Shown piece after piece: positions 18,029-25,646 of a stretch of 64,000 nt of DNA (positions within the stretch are counted from its first letter, which is position 1; each line of letters opens with the position of its first letter). The notes beneath the pieces are model-generated. The model was given only the letters and a program-made list of their open reading frames with translations. It ran no database searches and was not told where the DNA came from. The translations under genes were made by a program, and so were the position numbers. Origin of the DNA: a virus; the IMG/VR virus record IMGVR_UViG_3300045988_129927; one strand, written 5' to 3'.

Positions 18029-18517
18029 TTACTTACTAGAACCAGTAGCAAGGTTATAAGCAATACGTGCTACTTCTTTAACACCTTTACCTGTAGCTTT
18101 TGCTGCTTCTACTAAATCAGAACCTAAATCTCTCAATGCTTGTTTGCGATTTTCTTTACGTTCTTCTTTTTTAGCCTGTTTTTCTTGCTCTTTAGCTTCT
18201 TTATCAGCATGACGTTGTTCAATCTCTTCATCTGTTTCTTTGTTTAATGCTCTAGAATATTGAGCATTTTCAGCCTGCTCTTGATAAGCATTTTTAGCTT
18301 TAGCAAATTCAAAGAGACCTTCTACAGAAACTTCAGAAGAAAATAGTCCAGAACCTATATCTACATTAACTTCAATCTCAGAAGTATCTTCTCCTTCGAT
18401 TTCTATTTCATCAGAATCGACATAGGAATCGTCGGTGAATAAATCTAGGGGTATTTCACTGACGTTATTCTCTAAAGATAGAACAGGTGTTTCTAAATCA
18501 TCGTCAAAAATACTCAT
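18029..18517 (-). CDS. MSIFD-type acidic protein (162 aa) with Lys/Glu-rich C-terminal half
   Basis: Track ORF with GAGGG SD. N-terminus MSIFDDDLETPVLSLE. Confidence 0.8.
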   Translation of the reverse strand: MSIFDDDLETPVLSLENNVSEIPLDLFTDDSYVDSDEIEIEGEDTSEIEVNVDIGSGLFSSEVSVEGLFEFAKAKNAYQEQAENAQYSRALNKETDEEIEQRHADKEAKEQEKQAKKEERKENRKQALRDLGSDLVEAAKATGKGVKEVARIAYNLATGSSK

Positions 18518-18530
18518 GCAGATACCCTCA

Positions 18531-18953
18531 TCATTCTTGGTTTAAACGATTAAAGATATTAACGATACCTGTTTTATTTTGTTTGAAAAATTCCAAAGTA
18601 TCTGCTGGGAAATAGCTTTCCGCATCAAACAGTACTGACAATAGAGAAGAACCATCATTGTTAATAGAGATAGGTCTATATTTAACATTGTACATCATGA
18701 TAAATAATTTCTTAGTCAAATCTACGCAATAACGGATATCTGTTAAAACGTTTTCATTAATTAAAGAAATTGTTTCAGAAACTGGTTTATAGACATATTG
18801 TAGATATGTATTTTCAGCAGTATCGTTGCCATCTACTGTATTAATATATTTTACAGATAGTGCCAAAGCCACAGCGAACGCTACGCCTTGTAATCTATTC
18901 TCTTGTTGAAAGTTAGAATCAGCAAGAGCACGAATATCTGAATATAAAGACAT
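18531..18953 (-). CDS. hypothetical protein (140 aa)
   Basis: Track ORF with AAAAGGAA SD. N-terminus MSLYSDIRAL. Confidence 0.8.
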   Translation of the reverse strand: MSLYSDIRALADSNFQQENRLQGVAFAVALALSVKYINTVDGNDTAENTYLQYVYKPVSETISLINENVLTDIRYCVDLTKKLFIMMYNVKYRPISINNDGSSLLSVLFDAESYFPADTLEFFKQNKTGIVNIFNRLNQE

Positions 18954-18966
18954 AATTAATTCCTTT

Positions 18967-20295
18967 TTATTTTAAATTTCTTAAATCATAAGCTGCAACA
19001 AATAAATTGTTAGAACTTAACTTTTCTAATTCTTTATAGAATTCTGTTTGAGACAATAGTCTACGTTTACTAGGTATAATCATATCTGCAAACGAACCAA
19101 TTAAAGATTTATATTCTTTATAGTTAGTTAAAACTTTATCAATGCGACTAATATCATCGCGGATACGTTTACCTATCGCCTTATCAATATTCTTATCCTT
19201 AAGCATGGTGACCATATCATTACGCATACGACCAAAACGATTGACTTCCGTGTCGTAGGTACCATCACCTGCATTAGATGTTGATTTAAAGATTTCAATG
19301 GTAATGATTAACCCAATAATACCAGGAAGAATCATTGCCATGCCAACGACAGTAAAAGCACTCATCATAAGCAAAACCATACCAGTGATGATTTCATTAA
19401 TAACAAAACCAGTCATTGTCATTGCAGACCTAACACCATATAACTGTAGGATTTTATTTAAACCAGATGATAGGTCGCCGCCTGCGCCACATCGTACTGC
19501 AAATTTGTCAGCTAAATGTTCTGCATTAATTTCTTCATACTCTCGTTGAGACATAAGTGTTTTTGTATCTTGAACATGGTTGGATACAATAGCTGTAACA
19601 ATAATTTCTTTTCGTTTACCAGATAGTTCTTTTGTATCTACTTTAGTAAGTGTGGTTTCATTACTATTCCATTGTTTTAAGATGATTTCTATCTTATCAG
19701 CATCTTCTGTTTTTGCAATTCGATTTAAAGTCCCTAGCATAGGTAGATTAATAGAATAAGTATGTGCAACCAATGCAAAGTAAGAGAACATATGTCCAAC
19801 TTCATGTAGGATAACTGCTGAAATTTCAGCAGGTGTCATTAACGCATTACTTTCGTAATAACCTGGCCACATCATGTCTGGACCAATAAATAAATCAACA
19901 ACAACATTCTTAAAGTCACCGCCGATTTTAAAATTCTTAATGTCTACAGAACCCCTAATGCTTCCTTGTTGTCTCTTTAATTCTTCATTATCGAAAAATA
20001 TTCTTTGATCAAAATCAATTAAAGTATGGTTTTTATTTAAATCAGGTGGCATCATTGCAAAACACCTGTGTTCTGCAGAAATATTTACACTAATACCTGT
20101 ATGCTTAGCAATCACATCTGTAATTCTTTTTTGTGCTTCTTTATTACGATAAAAAGTACGAGGTGTTTCTGTATCAATAATTATCTTTATTGCTTTTGTC
20201 AATTCTTCATGAAAACCTGATTTTATCATTGACCAGTTGTTTTCATTGACCATCATCTCGTTAGATAACTCTAACGACCCATCAAATAAACTCAT
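18967..20295 (-). CDS. membrane-anchored HExxH zinc metallopeptidase candidate (M48/M56-like) carrying the MSLFD N-terminal signature
   Basis: Track ORF with AAAAGGA SD. N-terminus MSLFDGSLEL. VILHEVGHMF supplies the HExxH motif. The hydrophobic block is GFVINEIITGMVLLMMSAFTVVGMAMILPGIIGLIITIEIF. Confidence 0.8.
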   Translation of the reverse strand: MSLFDGSLELSNEMMVNENNWSMIKSGFHEELTKAIKIIIDTETPRTFYRNKEAQKRITDVIAKHTGISVNISAEHRCFAMMPPDLNKNHTLIDFDQRIFFDNEELKRQQGSIRGSVDIKNFKIGGDFKNVVVDLFIGPDMMWPGYYESNALMTPAEISAVILHEVGHMFSYFALVAHTYSINLPMLGTLNRIAKTEDADKIEIILKQWNSNETTLTKVDTKELSGKRKEIIVTAIVSNHVQDTKTLMSQREYEEINAEHLADKFAVRCGAGGDLSSGLNKILQLYGVRSAMTMTGFVINEIITGMVLLMMSAFTVVGMAMILPGIIGLIITIEIFKSTSNAGDGTYDTEVNRFGRMRNDMVTMLKDKNIDKAIGKRIRDDISRIDKVLTNYKEYKSLIGSFADMIIPSKRRLLSQTEFYKELEKLSSNNLFVAAYDLRNLK

Positions 20296-20418
20296 TTTAA
20301 CTATCCTTTTAGTATAACGTTATACGGTGTTCTCATATTATCTTTCGTTTTATTTGGCTAATATATATTTTTGCATTTAAAAAAATATGAATAGACTTGA
20401 CTTTTAAAGGAAAAGAAA

Positions 20419-22215
20419 ATGGCTGAAATAGTCGGTACTCAATGTCGTAACGTTATTTACTTAGCAAATCAAGCTGCTAAGAATGCAGTCTTAAGTGAAA
20501 AGATTGGCAATAGAGAAACAGACGTACATTTAGTTAAGATTACGGATTATCTTGACGATGGTACAGTAGATAGAAAAATTAAACTAATTAAAGACTTTAA
20601 AAAGACTTTTTGGGTATGTACACCTAAGAATAGAAACCATAAACAAAAGAAAGAACGTTTTCCTATTTCAGAGTGTGAAGAGATTCGTGTACCTAGAAAA
20701 GAGATGTTAACTGCAGCAATGAATTCTTTAGGTATTAAGAACTTTGGTCAACGTATCTCTCCTTCTGATATTCTAAGAGGCCCTTATGTTTACGGTACTG
20801 ATTTAAGTTCATCTGCTGAACTAAAGTATAAATACAATCATGGTGAGTTAGCCAGTAAGACTGAAAAATTAGCTGACGTTGCAGCATTTGACGTGGAAAC
20901 CAATATCCGTAATAAAGATAAATACGAGCATATTGAAATGGCTACATTGTCCATGAAAGATACTGTGGTTACTGTCGTAGATATTAACTTTATTCGTGGT
21001 AAATTTCCTAATATCTCTAAAGAAAAAGCATTGGAGACTTTATATAAGTACGATGAGATTTACTTAGGAGAAGTGAATAAAGAAAGAAATATTAAACAAG
21101 AGTTTTATGTAGTCGATTCTGAAATCGAGGTTGTTAAGAAAATCTTTGAAAGAGCGCATGAGTTAAAGCCTGATTTCATTAGTGCTTGGAACATGGATTA
21201 CGATGTACGCAGAACTATTGAAGCTTGTGAGAGAGCTGATGTAAAAGTGTCTGATATATTATCCGACCCATCTGTACCTCCTGCTTTTAGATTCTTTGAT
21301 TATAATCCTGGTAAAGAATCTGCATTAAGTAAAAAAGGTGTATGGAAAAACTTAGCTAACTTTGAGAAGTGGCCACAAGTCAATGTACCTGCTAGTTTTA
21401 CTTTTATTGATAGCATGTGTTATTACTATAACTCTCGTAAACATAAAGGTAAATTACCTAAGTATTCATTAGACTATATTTTGTCTATTGAATTTCCTGA
21501 TGAAATTAAACCTGGTATGTCTGAAAAAGAAATTGCTAGAGCTAATCGAAACAGTAAGATTCGTAAATTAAAGTTTGACGAAAGTAGTCACTTGATTGGT
21601 ACTGTGGATTGGCATATCTTCATGCAAAGTAATTATCCATTTGAATATATCATCTATAATAAGTTTGACTGCATTGCATTAGAATATTTAGATGAACAAA
21701 CCATGGATATTTCACACAGTGTTGTATCAGCATGTGAATCTAGTGATTATAAAGACTTTGATTCAGAACCTAAACGATTAGCAGATGATATGCACTGGTT
21801 TAATCTAGAGAGAGGTTATGCTTACGGTACAGGTGGTGCAAATAATGAAATACCATTAGACAGTGAGTTGATTGGGCGTGATGATTGGATTATTACATTA
21901 CGTGCTGATTTATTAATTGCTGAAGGTAATAATTTATTTGAAGATGCTCGCGGTTTAAAAACATTAGTATTTAGAGACAATGCTGACATTGACGTAACAT
22001 CTAGTTATCCAAATGGCAATAGTGCTTTAAATACTTCTCGTGAAACCATGACTAAAGAGTTAATCAGTATTGACCATGTAGATGAAAGATGGAGAAGACA
22101 AAGTGGTATTAACATGAGTGGTGGATTTGTTAATGCTGTAGAAATATCATGTCAACTATTTAATGCACCTACTATGGTAAATATGTTAGAAGAATACAGA
22201 AGACAAAAAAAATAA
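20419..22215 (+). CDS. family-B DNA polymerase, N-terminal piece: 3'-5' exonuclease domain plus polymerase motif A
   Basis: AAFDVETN is Exo I. AWNMDYDV is Exo II. YNKFDCIALEYLD is Exo III. DIDVTSSYPNG is motif A (DxxSLYPS). The ORF ends about 70 aa later, with no motif B or C. Confidence 0.75.
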   Translation: MAEIVGTQCRNVIYLANQAAKNAVLSEKIGNRETDVHLVKITDYLDDGTVDRKIKLIKDFKKTFWVCTPKNRNHKQKKERFPISECEEIRVPRKEMLTAAMNSLGIKNFGQRISPSDILRGPYVYGTDLSSSAELKYKYNHGELASKTEKLADVAAFDVETNIRNKDKYEHIEMATLSMKDTVVTVVDINFIRGKFPNISKEKALETLYKYDEIYLGEVNKERNIKQEFYVVDSEIEVVKKIFERAHELKPDFISAWNMDYDVRRTIEACERADVKVSDILSDPSVPPAFRFFDYNPGKESALSKKGVWKNLANFEKWPQVNVPASFTFIDSMCYYYNSRKHKGKLPKYSLDYILSIEFPDEIKPGMSEKEIARANRNSKIRKLKFDESSHLIGTVDWHIFMQSNYPFEYIIYNKFDCIALEYLDEQTMDISHSVVSACESSDYKDFDSEPKRLADDMHWFNLERGYAYGTGGANNEIPLDSELIGRDDWIITLRADLLIAEGNNLFEDARGLKTLVFRDNADIDVTSSYPNGNSALNTSRETMTKELISIDHVDERWRRQSGINMSGGFVNAVEISCQLFNAPTMVNMLEEYRRQKK

Positions 22216-22223
22216 CTAAAAAA

Positions 22224-22253
22224 ATAGACTAGGGGGTGTTCTCCCTAGTCTAT
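22224..22253. terminator. bidirectional hairpin terminator; arms identical to those of 23107..23142
   Basis: Stem ATAGACTAGGG/CCCTAGTCTAT between convergent 20419..22215 and 22268..22945. Confidence 0.6.
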
Positions 22254-22267
22254 TTACTTTCCTTATG

Positions 22268-22945
22268 TTAACCCATAATAGGTTTGAACATATGGAAGTT
22301 TTCACGAATGTACTCCATGCGAGCTTCAGCATCGGCTTTTATTTCAGCAGCGTCTTTGCAGACTTTCAGAGCCACTGGGTACATTGTCGATAATACATTT
22401 GCAATATCGTCAGCTGTACCAGTACCGAGGCGCACACAGTCGAAGCAATAGGCATCAATCTCTGCTTCGTATTGAACCTGTTCTAGCTCTTTAAGGAGTG
22501 CTTGCATCTTCGGTGTTGCAAAGTAAAGACCAGACAATTCCGTATTAACTTCACGAATGGTACGACCATCCAGATAGAAGTTTCTGAATTGTACTGCGTG
22601 TAGAAGTTCGTGAGGCAAGATGTTTTTATCAACATTCAACATTGCCTTGAGCTGTTTACGCAAGTTCTTAGAGAAAATACTACAGAAAGCAAAGAATGCT
22701 TTCAGAGTAGGGTTAAGGAACTTAATAATTACCTTATCCTTATCTGCAAGGTACGCACCTTGCATATTATAATTTCTCATGAATTCACGTTCAGAATCTC
22801 TTAAGAAGTTCATGCTTCCTAGATTATCTGCGGTTACGATTGTCTTACCACCATATCTCTTTTGAAACCATTTTTGACGGTCTACTTTTACATCAAGGTT
22901 AGTGAACATGGATTCGTTGTATTGAAAGTTAAATTTGATAGCCAT
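22268..22945 (-). CDS. HExxH-motif protein (225 aa), possible metallopeptidase
   Basis: Track ORF with AAGGAG SD. LPHELLHAVQF supplies the HExxH motif. The early-type promoter motif lies 59 nt upstream. The G+C content is higher than in the flanking DNA. Confidence 0.75.
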   Translation of the reverse strand: MAIKFNFQYNESMFTNLDVKVDRQKWFQKRYGGKTIVTADNLGSMNFLRDSEREFMRNYNMQGAYLADKDKVIIKFLNPTLKAFFAFCSIFSKNLRKQLKAMLNVDKNILPHELLHAVQFRNFYLDGRTIREVNTELSGLYFATPKMQALLKELEQVQYEAEIDAYCFDCVRLGTGTADDIANVLSTMYPVALKVCKDAAEIKADAEARMEYIRENFHMFKPIMG

Positions 22946-23006
22946 AGTAAACTCCTTAAGTTTGTTGTTGAAAGAATTAAATTGGAAAGATTCCTCTCTC
23001 TTTCCA
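22943..23006 (-). repeat. 64-nt leader module, copy 2 (identical to 7080..7143)
   Basis: Checked letter by letter against copy 1. Identity ends at the ATG on one side and at the promoter motif on the other. Confidence 0.9.
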
Positions 23007-23022
23007 TTTTAATAGTATATAT
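23004..23022 (-). promoter_or_regulatory. early-type promoter motif
   Basis: ATATATACTATTAAAATGG, 59 nt upstream of the ATG at 22945. The leader hairpin GGAAAGA/TCTTTCC is at 22984-23005. Confidence 0.5.
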
Positions 23023-23073
23023 CTGAATTAATCTAAATTAATTCAGACGACTTAGATACTTTGTATCGTAAGT
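23023..23073. other. conserved double-hairpin element, copy B
   Basis: Hairpin 1 is 23023-23046 (CTGAATTAAT/ATTAATTCAG). ACG is the linker. Hairpin 2 is 23050-23073 (ACTTAGATAC/GTATC-G-TAAGT with the same bulged G). Confidence 0.6.
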
Positions 23074-23106
23074 TATTTGAAATAAAATAAAATGTATTAG
23101 AGTATA

Positions 23107-23142
23107 TTAATAGACTAGGGTAATGTTACCCTAGTCTATTAA
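23107..23142 (-). terminator. hairpin terminator; arms identical to those of 22224..22253
   Basis: Stem TTAATAGACTAGGGT/ACCCTAGTCTATTAA, downstream of 23153..23389. Confidence 0.6.
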
Positions 23143-23152
23143 TATTTATTCT

Positions 23153-23389
23153 TTAGTCATTCAACATTCTGTTAAGCTTAAGCATATTTTCATTGATGAA
23201 TTTCAAACGAACTTTATCAGTAATCATTTTATCACCTTGCTCTTTCAGTTCATTGTGGCGTTTTTCAGCTGCACGATATACACTACCATCATCAGTATAA
23301 GCGTACCAGAAATCAAACCCATCGTACTTCTTAACGTATTCTTTTTCTACGTCAGTTAATACGAAGTTTTCTAAAGTATAATTTTCCAT
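23153..23389 (-). CDS. hypothetical protein (78 aa)
   Basis: The track ORF starts at 23422. The ATG at 23389 (MENYTLENF...) has TATATAAAGGAAAC upstream and lies downstream of the promoter motif, so the shorter form is preferred. Confidence 0.7.
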   Translation of the reverse strand: MENYTLENFVLTDVEKEYVKKYDGFDFWYAYTDDGSVYRAAEKRHNELKEQGDKMITDKVRLKFINENMLKLNRMLND

Positions 23390-23444
23390 TTTAGTTTCCT
23401 TTATATAAAGATTAAGAGACAATTCTCAATTTAATAGTATAGAT
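23387..23444 (-). repeat. promoter-leader module, copy 2 (near-identical to 906..965)
   Basis: Same block with one indel and one substitution. The downstream coding sequences are unrelated. Confidence 0.85.
23427..23442 (-). promoter_or_regulatory. early-type promoter motif
   Basis: CTATACTATTAAATTG, 38 nt upstream of the ATG at 23389. The leader hairpin GAGA/TCTC is at 23416-23427. Confidence 0.5.
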
Positions 23445-23461
23445 TTAAAAATAAACATAAT

Positions 23462-23506
23462 ACTATTACTACTAGACTACCCAATAGGTAGTCTAGTAGT
23501 AATAGT
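23462..23506 (-). terminator. hairpin terminator
   Basis: 20-bp perfect stem ACTATTACTACTAGACTACC/GGTAGTCTAGTAGTAATAGT with a 5-nt loop, 5 nt past the stop of 23511..23993. Confidence 0.65.
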
Positions 23507-23510
23507 CTTT

Positions 23511-23993
23511 TTAACGAAGTGCTTTTTGTAATTTATCTACTAATACAGAAACTGTATCTTTAATTCTTTGGTTAGAGCAATTGTTGATTTTCAAAATCTG
23601 GTTAATTTGTTTTGCACAAACACCAATCATTTTGCCCATTGCCATGTAATCGACATAGGTATTACTACGTGCAATATAGATATCTGTAAACTCAATACCT
23701 TTTTCATGGTCTTCGTAAATATCTACCACTGAATTAAAATGCTTAAATGAAGTACGAATAGGAATAGGTGTCATTGCCAGACTATGGTAAACATAAATAC
23801 GGATTTGTTTATCATAAGGCATTTTGTTTCCACGATAAGATTTACCGGTTACAAAAAGTTCACCATTTTCACTAATTTGGTATAGCATATCAATTGTAGG
23901 AGAGATACGTTTATCAATATTGCGAAAAACTGGAATTTCTTTTTTAGGTTGTTTCACTTTAAATTTCCCTATAGTTTTTTGAGTAAGTAACAT
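23511..23993 (-). CDS. hypothetical protein (160 aa)
   Basis: Track ORF with AAGGGA SD. A 20-bp-stem hairpin follows the stop. Confidence 0.8.
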   Translation of the reverse strand: MLLTQKTIGKFKVKQPKKEIPVFRNIDKRISPTIDMLYQISENGELFVTGKSYRGNKMPYDKQIRIYVYHSLAMTPIPIRTSFKHFNSVVDIYEDHEKGIEFTDIYIARSNTYVDYMAMGKMIGVCAKQINQILKINNCSNQRIKDTVSVLVDKLQKALR

Positions 23994-24020
23994 TTGTCGA
24001 TTCCCTTGGTTAGAAGTAAG

Positions 24021-25586
24021 TTATGTTAAAATGTTGTCATAACTTATATCTTTCACAGGGTGCATTTTGCCTTTAAAGATACGGGTTCTTTTGGCTATAT
24101 CATAATTACGGTGGGGTGGAATATTATCACAGACTAAATAAACGAAACTATGCTCTACATCTTCTGGTAGTTTACGTAAACGACCGGCAATCTGTAGATT
24201 AGTTTGTGTAGAGTTAATAGCGTTAGTCATGATAACGGTAGCCAGTTCCGGAATATCGTGTCCAGTGCCAGCACCCAATACTGTAGATACGCAAATATCA
24301 CTGGTATATAAGTTATCTACTGTATCATCTTCAACGTAACTGGTTACTTTCTTATTAGGGTATAATTCAGCTAGATACTTAGATAAGTCTTTTGCCATCT
24401 TAATCGTACCTACTGTAATCAGTAATTTAAAATTTGGATTAATTTCGTATTTAGGAAAATGAATGTCTTCAATAATTGAAACAATCATGTTATAATATTG
24501 CTTCAATAATGTTTTCTTTTTCATGAGTGATTTCTCAAAAGCAGTTTGAGAATATCCTCTAAAACCTTCGGTACGAATACCATTTAAACTACCTAGTTTA
24601 TACTTAAATGCTAATGGTTGAATATAAGATACATGTACTTTTTGTACATAACGTCTTTCTATTGGAAAGAGTAGTTTTGACATTCTGTCTACAAATTTAT
24701 CATCTGCCACTGGTGTGGCTGATAAACCAAATACTCTTTTAGCACCTAAATAAGAAACAAACTTACAGTTTAAGTGATGGTCAAAGTGAGCCTCGTCAAT
24801 TACTAAATCATTTACACCTAGTAGTCTAGGAAATTCCTGTGGTGTACAGTTAAACCCTAAGTCTTTAAATTCTTCTAAACTATATTCCTCGTAATATTTA
24901 ATAAAATTCATTAGAGTCTTAGAAGAAATCAAAATAGCTTTATAAGGGTTTCTATTTTCAGCCAAACAGATATTGATAAATGATTTCAATTCATCTGAAC
25001 CTTGAATACGGATTAAATCTTTCTTTAAATCAATATTATAAGTTTTATAAAAGTCTTTAATCCAACCACTGTCTTGGTTTTTACCTAAGTATTGTGGTCT
25101 CATGATACCGACAAATCTTTCTTTCATCTTTTCAATAACAAACATTGAGATAAGACTTTTACCTTGTCCTGTTTGCAGGTGTCCTAATACACAACCTGAA
25201 TCAAAACTTAACAAAAAATCAATCACGTCTTGCTGTTCACCACGTGGAGACCATCCTTCTTTAATAGTAGGATAGTAATCATCCACAATATTGTCAATAT
25301 CTTTATACTCCAATTGAAAATCTATTCCTTCTTTATACCGGAACATTTTCAAGTGACCAATTAAATCATTTAACATAGTACGCATGATTCTTACTTCACG
25401 TCTATCGTTAGTAAAAAATACATACCCAGCCATGGGCACACGCACTTTCTTTCTTTGTCTTTTATCGTAATATTCGCTCCAGCGCAAGTAGTTTCTTGCA
25501 AATGCGCGAACTTGGTTATTGTCATCCTGATTACGAGGATATATAATAACCTGTAATGGATAGACTTCAATCTTCATTGCTGTCAT
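24021..25586 (-). CDS. superfamily-2 DEAD/DEAH-box helicase
   Basis: LQTGQGKS is Walker A. LVIDEAHF is the DEAH box. GLSATP is motif III. GAGTGHDIP is motif V. QIAGRLRK is motif VI. Confidence 0.8.
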   Translation of the reverse strand: MTAMKIEVYPLQVIIYPRNQDDNNQVRAFARNYLRWSEYYDKRQRKKVRVPMAGYVFFTNDRREVRIMRTMLNDLIGHLKMFRYKEGIDFQLEYKDIDNIVDDYYPTIKEGWSPRGEQQDVIDFLLSFDSGCVLGHLQTGQGKSLISMFVIEKMKERFVGIMRPQYLGKNQDSGWIKDFYKTYNIDLKKDLIRIQGSDELKSFINICLAENRNPYKAILISSKTLMNFIKYYEEYSLEEFKDLGFNCTPQEFPRLLGVNDLVIDEAHFDHHLNCKFVSYLGAKRVFGLSATPVADDKFVDRMSKLLFPIERRYVQKVHVSYIQPLAFKYKLGSLNGIRTEGFRGYSQTAFEKSLMKKKTLLKQYYNMIVSIIEDIHFPKYEINPNFKLLITVGTIKMAKDLSKYLAELYPNKKVTSYVEDDTVDNLYTSDICVSTVLGAGTGHDIPELATVIMTNAINSTQTNLQIAGRLRKLPEDVEHSFVYLVCDNIPPHRNYDIAKRTRIFKGKMHPVKDISYDNILT

Positions 25587-25608
25587 GTGTTATTCTCCAT
25601 AAGGGTGT

Positions 25609-25645
25609 ATAACCACCACCCCTATGGAGGAAGGGGTGGTGTTAT
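25609..25645 (-). terminator. hairpin terminator
   Basis: G+C-rich stem ATAACCACCACCCC/GGGGTGGTGTTAT with one bulge, directly after the stop of 25647..27737. Confidence 0.6.
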
Positions 25646-25646
25646 C

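Noticed and set aside
20312-20325. Perfect 14-nt palindrome GTATAACGTTATAC just upstream of the SD of the MSLFD metalloprotease gene. The 9-mer GTATAACGT also occurs at 4175-4183, upstream of another MSLFD gene.
   Set aside because: A shared 9-mer between two AT-rich spacers is within chance expectation. The third MSLFD gene (7243..8796) has no copy. It might be an operator, but the support is too thin to report as a feature.
23390-23422. The longer start (MSLNLYIKETK...) for gene 23153..23422.
   Set aside because: That ATG lies within the leader hairpin and promoter module and lacks an SD. The ATG at 23389 is preceded by TATATAAAGGAAAC.
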